A DNA stretch of 64,000 nt from a virus. The stretch spans positions 24,101 through 88,100 of IMG/VR virus record IMGVR_UViG_3300032242_000965. One strand, written 5' to 3'. A program made the position numbers and the translations under genes. The notes under the pieces are model-generated. The model did not search any database. It was not told where the DNA came from and was given only the letters and a program-made list of their open reading frames with translations. This document shows, piece by piece, positions 10,581-19,376 of the stretch (positions are counted from its first letter, which is position 1; every line of letters starts with the position of its first letter).

Positions 10581-11273
10581 CTATTTGATGTCTATCGGTC
10601 TTGTCTTAGTAGCAACAATAGAATAATATATCTCAGGAATAGCAGCACTTTCGTCAGTCTGTGGGTTCTTTACAGTTAAATCAAACTTCATATCATTGAA
10701 TTTGTCGATTCTAAACCCAGTACGTTGCAATAATGCGGCTAATTGAATGTTACCCATAACACTATAATTTTCAGCATTAAATTCGTGTTTTCTGTCATTG
10801 TTCTCGGGTGCAGGGACCTCAATATATATCTTGCCATTTAATTTCAATAATCTGTTATATTCAACTAATGTGAAAATAGGATATGGACTAGTTTGTAACA
10901 TCTGACGCATATAGACAAAATCAATAGTTTCGTCATTAAAACCGTCTTTCTGTGGTAAAAAGGTCATATCATAGTTTTTTACACTATGCCCTTTATTTCT
11001 ACAGACTTCTGTATCTTTATCATTCAATGTTATACCCAACATGTTAGTATAACCATTTTCTTTCATTTTGTCTAAGAAGTAACCCTGACCACATCCAATA
11101 TCTAATATCGCAGCACCCTTAGGAATATTCAAAGGATCAATATGCATTTCAATTGATTTTTCAATAATGGCTTTGCTAAATTCAGGAGACGGGTCAGTTG
11201 ACATAACAGTATAAATCCATTCATTGAAGAACTTCAATTTTACTAAGTCAAGTGTTTTGTTAATGTCAATCAT
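10581..11273 (-). CDS. Class I SAM-dependent methyltransferase
   Basis: Motif I ILDIGCGQG; post-motif RLLKLNGKIYIEVP. Confidence 0.85.
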   Translation of the reverse strand: MIDINKTLDLVKLKFFNEWIYTVMSTDPSPEFSKAIIEKSIEMHIDPLNIPKGAAILDIGCGQGYFLDKMKENGYTNMLGITLNDKDTEVCRNKGHSVKNYDMTFLPQKDGFNDETIDFVYMRQMLQTSPYPIFTLVEYNRLLKLNGKIYIEVPAPENNDRKHEFNAENYSVMGNIQLAALLQRTGFRIDKFNDMKFDLTVKNPQTDESAAIPEIYYSIVATKTRPIDIK

Positions 11274-11329
11274 TTATTATCCTATAAGTTAATGATATTA
11301 CTTATCTGGATAATAGAGTGTTATTATTT

Positions 11330-11716
11330 TTATTTGCTGAAGCCTTTGAAGCCTAATACTGGGCTGACTTTATGAGTATCGCCTGGCTCACTACTCTTAC
11401 CACGCTTTGCCATTTTATGATGTTCGCTTGGAATAGTCTTAAGTGCAGATTGAATCATATTATGTTCTTCATCTGTATATGGATGATAACTATTGAACTT
11501 CTCTACTGGACTAGCCGCGTCCATTTTAACTTTTTTAGTAGACTTGCCATCTGCCATAGCCATTGCCATGCCTAAACGATTTTGATGGTAAACACGATCG
11601 TATCCACCTACGTCACGTGCAATTATACTGCCACCTGTACCGGTAGCGTTTTCATGGTCTTTGTGCATTTTACCACGAACAGGGCCACCTTCAGTTATAA
11701 ATTCATTTGCTCTCAT
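11330..11716 (-). CDS. Hypothetical protein, likely head-associated
   Basis: N-terminal MRANEFITE fits the (I/L)xE prohead-protease cleavage pattern of T4-like phages (inference). Confidence 0.6.
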   Translation of the reverse strand: MRANEFITEGGPVRGKMHKDHENATGTGGSIIARDVGGYDRVYHQNRLGMAMAMADGKSTKKVKMDAASPVEKFNSYHPYTDEEHNMIQSALKTIPSEHHKMAKRGKSSEPGDTHKVSPVLGFKGFSK

Positions 11717-11717
11717 A

Positions 11718-12539
11718 TTAATTATCTATCTCATATGATACTAAGTGAATAATAGGATCATTGAATTGGGGACTTACCATTATTCTTATGTTACCAAAGA
11801 ATCTATCAACATTGTAAGTTGTTACCGGTAGTACTCCGCTAAAGACTGTACTATGTGCAGTATATTTAACAGTGGCTTCGTCACCTGTCAATATTACATT
11901 AAGTACTACCGACTGTGTATAATTGGTACCTACTTTTCTACTTGAGGTTACTTTAAATGTAGCACTAGTAAATCTTGCGGTTGGTACCTGATATATAACT
12001 TGATTAGGGGTAGCGTCAGGTGTTGTAGTTTTAAAAGAGCCAATTATTGAATTACCATATGCAAGACTATTACCTAAGGCAGTATCACCAGTAGTAATAA
12101 GATTTCCACTTACCTGAATGTCATTTAATCCTGCTAAACTAATTTTAGCACCGGGACTACCTACAATAGAGAATGATATTACATTTCCCGATTCTGAAAG
12201 ATTAACATTGCCTAAATCAAGACCATCATTGCTTACATAAATTTTATGTATTGGATTAGCACGTGTACCTATATCTACGGTTGATCCATTAACCACACTT
12301 ATATTTGAATTAAACTGTAATCTATTGTTAGCAGTATCAAAGTATAAATTAGGGCTACCGGTATATGTATTTGCTGTTTTGAACTGTAGTGACCCTTCAA
12401 TTCCTGATGGAGTAGGGAAACTAAAGGATGCTAAAGAAGTAAAATTATTATTGATTTTATCAAAAGCAACACGTAACGGATCACCTGTACCATCGTTAGC
12501 AAGTGCACCTATATCAATTAAATCGACTGGGATTGTCAT
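11718..12539 (-). CDS. Baseplate/fibre-attachment protein with T4 gp9/gp10-like N-terminus
   Basis: IDIGALANDGTGDPLRVAFDKINNNF motif. Confidence 0.75.
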   Translation of the reverse strand: MTIPVDLIDIGALANDGTGDPLRVAFDKINNNFTSLASFSFPTPSGIEGSLQFKTANTYTGSPNLYFDTANNRLQFNSNISVVNGSTVDIGTRANPIHKIYVSNDGLDLGNVNLSESGNVISFSIVGSPGAKISLAGLNDIQVSGNLITTGDTALGNSLAYGNSIIGSFKTTTPDATPNQVIYQVPTARFTSATFKVTSSRKVGTNYTQSVVLNVILTGDEATVKYTAHSTVFSGVLPVTTYNVDRFFGNIRIMVSPQFNDPIIHLVSYEIDN

Positions 12540-12622
12540 ATTTTTATTCCATTAATAATATATTTATCTTTTATTGTCTGGGCACGATATTCCGCTAAAT
12601 ATATGACTTTAAAGGAGTTTTT

Positions 12623-13441
12623 ATGCGTAAAATTATGTTGTCATTAACACTATTATTAGTAAGTTCAATGACATTTGCTTGGACACAACGTCCACCACAG
12701 GATCCACAGACATGTAAAGTACATGCACCATATGGATTTCCTCAGTCTGTAGGAGTAAATCCTATTTGCCGTCAAGCATATCTAGTTGGATATGATGCGG
12801 CTGCTAAATTACCAAGATTCGTTACTTACGAATTATTACCGCAAAATGCACTAGGATGTGTTGCACGTACTAACGCATTTGCTGCCGACCAATCAGTTCA
12901 AAATGGTCCTAGACCAGATGATTATGCAGGTACAGGATATGACAAGGGTCACATGGCTCCAGACGGTGACTTGAGTTGGGATACACAAGTTGAGTTTGAG
13001 AGTTTCTTAATGACTAACATGAGCCCTCAGGCTGGTTCATTGAATCGCGGTATCTGGAAACTATTAGAAACTAGTGTACGTGGTTGGGTCGTTCAAGGTA
13101 ATCAAAGTTATACAATTTATGTTGGTGGAATATATAATGCACAAGACAAGAAAATTGGTAATGGTGTAGTTGTTCCTCATGGCTTCTATAAGATTGTTAT
13201 TAACAACAAAACAAATGAAATTGCAGGTTGGGGATTCCCTCATGTTGCACCCTATCCCAACTTAGGTAATGACTTAACTAAGTTCCGTATGCCAGTTGCA
13301 GACATTATGAAGCAAGCAGGTGTGCAATATGCATTCCCTCAAGGTGCTAAAGAAGTGCAACCAGGTAAAGAATGGCCAGTAAACTTTGGTGATTTGACTA
13401 AAGCAAAACGTGCTAAGTGCCCGGGCTCTAAAGACGATTGA
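12623..13441 (+). CDS. Secreted DNA/RNA non-specific endonuclease (NucA/EndoG beta-beta-alpha-Me family)
   Basis: Signal peptide; YDKGHMAP active-site motif; TNMSPQ...LNRGIWKLLE; SD AAGGAG; TAAATA upstream. Confidence 0.9.
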   Translation: MRKIMLSLTLLLVSSMTFAWTQRPPQDPQTCKVHAPYGFPQSVGVNPICRQAYLVGYDAAAKLPRFVTYELLPQNALGCVARTNAFAADQSVQNGPRPDDYAGTGYDKGHMAPDGDLSWDTQVEFESFLMTNMSPQAGSLNRGIWKLLETSVRGWVVQGNQSYTIYVGGIYNAQDKKIGNGVVVPHGFYKIVINNKTNEIAGWGFPHVAPYPNLGNDLTKFRMPVADIMKQAGVQYAFPQGAKEVQPGKEWPVNFGDLTKAKRAKCPGSKDD

Positions 13442-13457
13442 TTAATTTTAATCCAAT

Positions 13458-13484
13458 AAAAAAGCACCCTAGGGTGCTTTTTTT
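13458..13484. terminator. Bidirectional intrinsic terminator
   Basis: AAAAAA-GCACCCTAGGGTGC-TTTTTTT between convergent genes. Confidence 0.85.
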
Positions 13485-13498
13485 GTGCCAGTAATTAA

Positions 13499-13714
13499 TT
13501 ACTTGGGTGCAAATTTTTCACTTGCAGTAAAGCCTAATCCGGCTACTACTATATACATCAATGCGTTTAACATTGGTGCATCTATTTTCAAATCATACAA
13601 TAAGTCACCAATTGCGGCAGCGCCTATTAATAAGAATGATAATAATGTAATAACTCTTTTGCTACTAATGCTATCATTAGTACCATCACTTAACATACTT
13701 TTTAACCAACTCAT
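13499..13714 (-). CDS. Small two-TM membrane protein, holin-like
   Basis: SSKRVITLLSF...GLGFTASEKF; likely start MSWLKS at 13714 with GGAG SD. Confidence 0.6.
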   Translation of the reverse strand: MSWLKSMLSDGTNDSISSKRVITLLSFLLIGAAAIGDLLYDLKIDAPMLNALMYIVVAGLGFTASEKFAPK

Positions 13715-13716
13715 AA

Positions 13717-13860
13717 TTATCTCCAAAAGAATAATATTGCTTTTAACTTGTCTATATACTTTTGTAAGTACTTAGATTGAAAGTCTTTTGCATATTGTGG
13801 TTGAGGAAAGTTCCAACCAATAAATGCACCGATTGCTATATAAATTAATGTCTCTATCAT
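13717..13860 (-). CDS. 47-aa membrane protein MIETLIYIAIGAFIGWNFPQP...
   Basis: SD AAGGAG, ATG 13860, TAA 13717. Confidence 0.7.
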   Translation of the reverse strand: MIETLIYIAIGAFIGWNFPQPQYAKDFQSKYLQKYIDKLKAILFFWR

Positions 13861-13870
13861 AACTAACTCC

Positions 13871-14461
13871 TTAAATTGGTAACCAGAGCCATAAACCTTG
13901 GCTCATTAATAAAAATCCAACCGCACATACTCCAAAACTACCCCAGAACAACGGCATACTAACTGCAAGAATACTTGCTGATAATAATACGATTGCTAAC
14001 TGATATGCAGTACTTGCATAACTCATCCATGGGCTACGTACTTTAGCTGCGTCACGGTCTGCTTCTAATTTCTTAGCACGTGCCATAATATCTTTCATAC
14101 CGTCTTTTGGTTCGTTCTCATAACGGTCAATCTTAGCAGTAAGTTCTTCTACACGTTTCTTGTCACCTGCTTTTTGTGCATCATATAATGCATACTCAGC
14201 AGCGGTTTTCTTAATACTCTTTGCTTGGTAGAAACTCCACTCAGATCCTGCTTTAATTGTATTACCTAGAATAGTACTAGAATATGTACCACCAAAATAA
14301 GCATTGATTGCTAGTAATAACGCAAACACGTTAATTACCATACCTGCTTTGTCTTTGATTTTTGCTTCACGTTCGCTACGTGAGCCTGCAGGTGGTTTAA
14401 CTGCATTTGGGTCTTTTGGTTGTTTGTTGACTAGGTTCAACATGCTATCTATTAGTGCCAT
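13871..14461 (-). CDS. DUF4337-like membrane protein
   Basis: WSFYQAKSIK motif, coiled coil, QLAIVLLSASIL TM segments. Confidence 0.7.
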   Translation of the reverse strand: MALIDSMLNLVNKQPKDPNAVKPPAGSRSEREAKIKDKAGMVINVFALLLAINAYFGGTYSSTILGNTIKAGSEWSFYQAKSIKKTAAEYALYDAQKAGDKKRVEELTAKIDRYENEPKDGMKDIMARAKKLEADRDAAKVRSPWMSYASTAYQLAIVLLSASILAVSMPLFWGSFGVCAVGFLLMSQGLWLWLPI

Positions 14462-14476
14462 TATATTCTCCTTATT

Positions 14477-14734
14477 TTAGGCTAAACTTGCTAGATTAAT
14501 CAAACCGTTTATAGCGGTATTCATTAATAATAAATTTTCTTGCTCTACCATGTGTTGATTAATATTCAACTGACGTTGTATATCTTTAACTAACTCTATA
14601 TATTCTTCTTTACTAATTTCCCCTCTCATACACATATCTGTATATTCATGTACCTTTGCAGCCGCATCAGTTACATCAGGGTTTCTACTATTTACATTTG
14701 CTAATTCTTCTTGGTGTTGTTGTACAGTACTCAT
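14477..14734 (-). CDS. Hypothetical protein
   Basis: ORF track; ATGA overlap with upstream gene. Confidence 0.65.
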   Translation of the reverse strand: MSTVQQHQEELANVNSRNPDVTDAAAKVHEYTDMCMRGEISKEEYIELVKDIQRQLNINQHMVEQENLLLMNTAINGLINLASLA

Positions 14735-15132
14735 CTTGGCTTCTTTCCTTCGCTTTGTTGCATTGTATTTGCCGAGTCTTCTATATTCTTAAACTTAATT
14801 TTACAGAATACAGGGCTCACTGTTCCACTATCATATTTGTCTGATAATCCTTTTACCATATCATTCAACTCAACTGTTGCTTGTTGTATTGGTTTATTAT
14901 GAGGTAAGTGTTCTGCATAGTGCATTAGAAATACGCTAGTATATGATAGTTCTTTTGCTAATCTTTTTGATTCTACTGGGTCACTACATTTATCTTTTGC
15001 AACACCTGCTTTAGTTCTAATCTCAGTTATTAACTTATACTCATTATTATCATACTTCATTAGATATGCATCTAATGCATCGTTAAACGTAGCGCATCCA
15101 GACAATAATAGAACTAATAATACTTTCTTCAT
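14731..15132 (-). CDS. Lipoprotein
   Basis: MKKVLLVLLLSGC lipobox. Confidence 0.75.
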   Translation of the reverse strand: MKKVLLVLLLSGCATFNDALDAYLMKYDNNEYKLITEIRTKAGVAKDKCSDPVESKRLAKELSYTSVFLMHYAEHLPHNKPIQQATVELNDMVKGLSDKYDSGTVSPVFCKIKFKNIEDSANTMQQSEGKKPR

Positions 15133-15431
15133 TTGATGCTTTCAAATATATTTTTCTGTATCTGATACCATTCAATCCATGTGTCAACTTTAACTGCACA
15201 TTCATAATATGTTGAATAGTTAATCGTAACTGTTTTTGCTACATCGCTTAACTTTGAACTATCATCTAGTTTCTTTAGATTAGGACAACCTTCCATCACA
15301 ACTTTACTTGGTGCTTCTGGGAAGCTCCTGCTAACTGGAACACTAGTGCAACCTGCTAATACAAATATTACTAACATGATGAGTAATATAAGTATCGTTA
15401 CTGATTTAACTACTTCATTTTGATTATTCAC
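15129..15431 (-). CDS. o-spanin (Rz1-like) lipoprotein
   Basis: Lipobox LAGC, Pro-rich segment, C...NYxxYxEC motif; directly follows i-spanin-like gene. Confidence 0.7.
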   Translation of the reverse strand: MNNQNEVVKSVTILILLIMLVIFVLAGCTSVPVSRSFPEAPSKVVMEGCPNLKKLDDSSKLSDVAKTVTINYSTYYECAVKVDTWIEWYQIQKNIFESIK

Positions 15432-15868
15432 TTTGTCTTCTCCGCTGAGTCGTTGTGTGCTTTTACAAATTCTTTAGGAATTACACATTGGTTATCATAC
15501 TTAGTTACTTCACGGTCTATGTATTGTTTTACAACTAAACCCTTTTCACGGATAATCTTTACTTTTTGTTGTGCTTTATTATCTAACTGAGAATTAGCCT
15601 GCTTGGATTGTTCTTCTGCTTTTGCTACTTTGGCTTCCATGTCATGTACACGCTTGCGCCATTCCATTTCAGTACCATAACCGCCTGTAAAATAGACTCC
15701 CACTAATATAAAGAATAGTGAAAGAACATGAAATATTGGTCTATAGGGTATTAGTACAGGAACTAGTGCTAAAAAGAAACTAGCCATATATATGACTATA
15801 CCAGTTGCTATAATAGCAAAGATAGCCATCTGTAAGAAACTGTCGGGGATTAAACTTAATAAGAACAT
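15428..15868 (-). CDS. i-spanin (Rz-like) with N-terminal TM helices
   Basis: TM segments, coiled coil, C-terminal CVIPKEFVKAHN; likely start at 15868 (MFLLSLIP). Confidence 0.7.
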   Translation of the reverse strand: MFLLSLIPDSFLQMAIFAIIATGIVIYMASFFLALVPVLIPYRPIFHVLSLFFILVGVYFTGGYGTEMEWRKRVHDMEAKVAKAEEQSKQANSQLDNKAQQKVKIIREKGLVVKQYIDREVTKYDNQCVIPKEFVKAHNDSAEKTK

Positions 15869-15896
15869 ATCTGTATTTATGCAGATATTATCCAAA

Positions 15897-16103
15897 TTAT
15901 GTGTATTTTAGATTATACCAAAGTAAATTTTCTTCTGTAAATTCAGCCTCAACTACTACTTTATATCCATACTGATCTCCTATTCGTATATAAAATACAG
16001 GAGTTTTAGTTGAATGTTCTTTGACCCATTTACAATGGTCAGTTTTTTCCCATTCGGCTAATGGGAAGGCGGCATAAAGTTCAGGATCTTCAACATCACC
16101 CAT
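15897..16103 (-). CDS. Hypothetical protein
   Basis: ORF track. Confidence 0.6.
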   Translation of the reverse strand: MGDVEDPELYAAFPLAEWEKTDHCKWVKEHSTKTPVFYIRIGDQYGYKVVVEAEFTEENLLWYNLKYT

Positions 16104-16120
16104 GTTGAATTGATAGACAA

Positions 16121-16993
16121 TTACACTGCCATTTCTGCTTTTATTTGTTGGTGACTGTTGTAATTCTGTAATTCTATATCTCCCATTGTAAACTTATTAA
16201 TATCCTTAATGTCAGGATTAAGTTTTAATGTTGGTAGTGACAGTGGATCACGTGTTAACTGCTCACGAACCTGGTCAATGTGCATTTTATAGATATGTGT
16301 ATCACCTGTACTAATAATTAATTCACCTACAGTCATATCACAGCATTGTGCAATTAGATGTGTAAGCAATGCATAACTAGCAATGTTAAATGGGAGTCCT
16401 AAGAACACATCAACACTACGTTGATACATATGACAACTTAATTCATTCTTGCTATTCACATAGTATTGACTCATAACGTGACAAGGTGGCAATGCCATTT
16501 GGTCTAGTTCGCCCACGTTCCAGGCATTAAGAATATGCCTACGCCCATTAGGATCTCGTTTAAGTCCTTCTATGAGATTTGCCAATTGGTCAACGCTATC
16601 AGGTTCATATTCACTACTACTAGTCCAGCGTTTAAGACCTGTTAACCAAGTACGCCATTGAACTCCGTATACACGACCCAAGTCACCGTCAAATTTAGCC
16701 TTATCTCTCCAGTAGGGAGCATATGCATTTGGTGTCCATATTGTAACCCCGCCTTTTTCACCATGTGTGATTTCTGCTAGTCGGCGTTCATCACCTGATC
16801 CTTCGATAAACCAAAGTAGTTCACCTACACAGGATTTCCATGCTAATTTCTTTGTGGTTACGGCTGGAAAGCCCCTACGCAAATCAAAGCGAATACTACG
16901 TCCAAACACACTAATAGTGCCAATGCCAGTTCTATCATCTTTTGTTTCTCCGTTATCTAATATATCTTGTAATAAGTCTAAGTACTGTTTCAT
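16121..16993 (-). CDS. thyA: Thymidylate synthase
   Basis: DRTGIGT, ELLWF, catalytic ALPPCH, YQRSVDVFLGLPFNIASY (Asn specifies dUMP). Confidence 0.97.
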   Translation of the reverse strand: MKQYLDLLQDILDNGETKDDRTGIGTISVFGRSIRFDLRRGFPAVTTKKLAWKSCVGELLWFIEGSGDERRLAEITHGEKGGVTIWTPNAYAPYWRDKAKFDGDLGRVYGVQWRTWLTGLKRWTSSSEYEPDSVDQLANLIEGLKRDPNGRRHILNAWNVGELDQMALPPCHVMSQYYVNSKNELSCHMYQRSVDVFLGLPFNIASYALLTHLIAQCCDMTVGELIISTGDTHIYKMHIDQVREQLTRDPLSLPTLKLNPDIKDINKFTMGDIELQNYNSHQQIKAEMAV

Positions 16994-17286
16994 AATTTAC
17001 CTAACAATTTATCTGTCTCAGGTTGTACTGTTTCAGCAATAGTTTCTAAATTTAGTATAAATTCAAAACTGTTGATAAGAGGATCTAACTCAGTTAGTTT
17101 ACGTGAGATGACCTCTTCAACTTCGTCAGGGCTTAGTCCTTGTTTGAAAAGAGATTGTATATTAATAGTATGCTGTTTTTTACCTACCATTCTAACTACA
17201 ATCTTTTTAACAAATTGTACGGGAACTCTACTCTTTTCTACATCCTCTAGAATATGTTCCCACTTACTCAAAAAATCAGGTGACAT
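16990..17286 (-). CDS. Hypothetical phage protein
   Basis: ORF track; overlap with thyA start. Confidence 0.7.
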   Translation of the reverse strand: MSPDFLSKWEHILEDVEKSRVPVQFVKKIVVRMVGKKQHTINIQSLFKQGLSPDEVEEVISRKLTELDPLINSFEFILNLETIAETVQPETDKLLGKL

Positions 17287-17293
17287 TATTGCC

Positions 17294-17992
17294 TTAAATA
17301 GTTACAGTTGCCTTTGCAGGACGACCGCGCTTTTTAGCAACAGGTGCTGATGGTGTAGTAGTTTGTGTTGTGGTTGAAATACCTAACATCTCATTAGCCT
17401 CTTGTTGCAATCTTGCACTTTCTGCTAACAAACCTTTTGCTTCTGCTTCCATTCTTGCCGCTTGTTGTTTTAGATTATTTGCTAATGCAGTATCACCTAA
17501 TATACCTGGCACATCTGGTACACCAACTGGCGGTGTTGTTTTTGCGGCTTCTTTGTTACGCATACGTTGTGCAACTTGTTTAGAACTTTGTAATCCTAAA
17601 CTTTGATCCATTTCGGCTAACCGCTGTACAGCCTCTTCACCTTGTTTCATTTCATCTAAAATCTTATTCAACTCATCTAATTTAATTTGAGTAGAAGGAC
17701 TAGGTGTCATTACAACTTGATTAGTTTGTACTTTCTTTAGTAAGCCTTCTTTATGAAGTACTTGTAAAATAATTTTACCATCATTTGTATGAGTACGATT
17801 TAATGCATCGGCTAGATTTTCACTATTTTGCCCGATATCACTTTCAATACATTTCATTAATGGATCATGTATATGTCTGTTTAATGATTCAGTATATACT
17901 GCTAATGCCATGTGGTCTTCACCTGGTACTTCTCTGAATACAACAGCAATCTTGCGATCACCAATTTTTCCTACGTGTCTTAAAAAACTCAT
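17294..17992 (-). CDS. Hypothetical protein with coiled coil and C-terminal AT-hook-like KKRGRP
   Basis: ORF track; SD AAGGAG; TAAATA upstream. Confidence 0.75.
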   Translation of the reverse strand: MSFLRHVGKIGDRKIAVVFREVPGEDHMALAVYTESLNRHIHDPLMKCIESDIGQNSENLADALNRTHTNDGKIILQVLHKEGLLKKVQTNQVVMTPSPSTQIKLDELNKILDEMKQGEEAVQRLAEMDQSLGLQSSKQVAQRMRNKEAAKTTPPVGVPDVPGILGDTALANNLKQQAARMEAEAKGLLAESARLQQEANEMLGISTTTQTTTPSAPVAKKRGRPAKATVTI

Positions 17993-18054
17993 AATGTTCT
18001 CCTTATGCTTTATAAGCTATAGCAATATTTAATTGATATTAGGTTATCCAAAAA

Positions 18055-18303
18055 TTAATTACTGCCAGCCCAACGCAATTCATATATCATTGCTTCTTTT
18101 GGATCTTCAAAGTAAATATAATAAATATCCAACAGTAGATTAGATATATCCATCGATGTTCCAAATCTACCGTATAGTTTTTTTACTACCCAAAGGTAAG
18201 ATTCTTCAGACATACTAGTAGTAGCCTTTACGAAATGTTTGGGTATGCCACCTTTTACTTCTCTGGTACCAAACCAACTTTGAGGATCAATTTCTCTTTT
18301 CAT
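18055..18303 (-). CDS. Hypothetical phage protein (FEDPKEA...LRW motif)
   Basis: ORF track. Confidence 0.65.
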   Translation of the reverse strand: MKREIDPQSWFGTREVKGGIPKHFVKATTSMSEESYLWVVKKLYGRFGTSMDISNLLLDIYYIYFEDPKEAMIYELRWAGSN

Positions 18304-18523
18304 CTTTTATTAAATTATAAACCATGATTGCTTGATTGAGTATATCACGTAATGCTACGTTTGTCTTAGCCTTTCGGCGAATCTCACCCCACAATTGGTC
18401 TTCTTTAAGTTGTTCATGTAAAGACTTTTTCTTTTCAGAAATGGAAACAAGTTCACGGTCAAGTGAACCTGATTCTCTTTTATAAACTGTTTCACCTTTA
18501 TCCGGTGATTCAAATACACTCAT
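18287..18523 (-). CDS. Hypothetical phage protein (FESPDKGETVYKR motif)
   Basis: ORF track. Confidence 0.7.
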   Translation of the reverse strand: MSVFESPDKGETVYKRESGSLDRELVSISEKKKSLHEQLKEDQLWGEIRRKAKTNVALRDILNQAIMVYNLIKDEKRN

Positions 18524-18543
18524 CTAGTCAACTCATCTAGTCA
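18518..18543. repeat. Perfect 13-bp tandem duplication ACTCATCTAGTCA at a gene junction
   Basis: Read directly from the sequence. Confidence 0.85.
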
Positions 18544-18943
18544 ACACATCTAGCATCTTATATTTTTCGTAGGCATCAACTACAGCAGGATTATTATTAT
18601 TAATTGTAGGCACTACTTGCCACCATAATTCATCACCTACTCGAAATGGGTGATTATAACTCGCGGAGCCGACAAATGTTCTTGGTTGGTGAATCTTACC
18701 TCGATACCAAAGTCGTTCTGCTAACTTTAAGACTTCTTCTAAATCATAATCACCTATTTCATAACGGTCAGAATTTCTTGCACCTATATTACCATATGTA
18801 TGATATTGTTCTACTACAGCCACAAACTTTTCATAGTCAGGACAATCAGTACGTGTTACAATGAACATTACCTCATCCTCGGACACTTCACCTGCTAACA
18901 GACTTTGTAAGCATCCGCCTAAACTTGTACCGATATACATCAT
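18533..18943 (-). CDS. Hypothetical protein
   Basis: ORF track; ATGA overlap. Confidence 0.7.
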   Translation of the reverse strand: MMYIGTSLGGCLQSLLAGEVSEDEVMFIVTRTDCPDYEKFVAVVEQYHTYGNIGARNSDRYEIGDYDLEEVLKLAERLWYRGKIHQPRTFVGSASYNHPFRVGDELWWQVVPTINNNNPAVVDAYEKYKMLDVLTR

Positions 18944-19263
18944 ACGATTACAGGCCTTTTTTCTACTCGGTCGCTATAAATTTTCTGTCCATTAGCACGA
19001 ATAAAATCCACAATACCTTGAGGTGCGGTTTCAAATGCTGATTTAATTGATTCCTCAGTTAGTTCATCATCTGCATTGAATGCATAAATTTCATAATGAC
19101 GTTGAGGGTTTGATTGCGCCCTTATTGTCATTATACTAATGTTAGGGTAAATAGGAAGTGGCACACCCTTAAGAGTATTCCACATTATTTGTTTCTCAAG
19201 GTCACTATGACAATACAAATATTCAAGACCTTGATTATCCCACATTGCGAGATATTGTTTCAT
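18940..19263 (-). CDS. Hypothetical phage protein
   Basis: ORF track. Confidence 0.7.
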   Translation of the reverse strand: MKQYLAMWDNQGLEYLYCHSDLEKQIMWNTLKGVPLPIYPNISIMTIRAQSNPQRHYEIYAFNADDELTEESIKSAFETAPQGIVDFIRANGQKIYSDRVEKRPVIV

Positions 19264-19365
19264 TTATTCACCGTTAGATTCAAAAAACTTTTGAAGAATT
19301 TTTACTATCACTAGTATAATACATACCGCCGCAAGACATTCTAATAAAAAAACGATTACTGGCAT
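19264..19365 (-). CDS. 33-aa single-TM peptide MPVIVFLLECLAAVCIILVIVKILQKFFESNGE
   Basis: SD AAGGAG, ATG 19365, TAA abutting the next ATG. Confidence 0.55.
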   Translation of the reverse strand: MPVIVFLLECLAAVCIILVIVKILQKFFESNGE

Positions 19366-19376
19366 ACACACTCTCC

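Noticed and set aside
16121-16993. dCMP hydroxymethylase feeding carbamoyl-hmC DNA modification
   Set aside because: It retains the Asn of PFNIASY typical of dUMP-specific ThyA; no hydroxymethylase is seen in this window, though one could lie elsewhere
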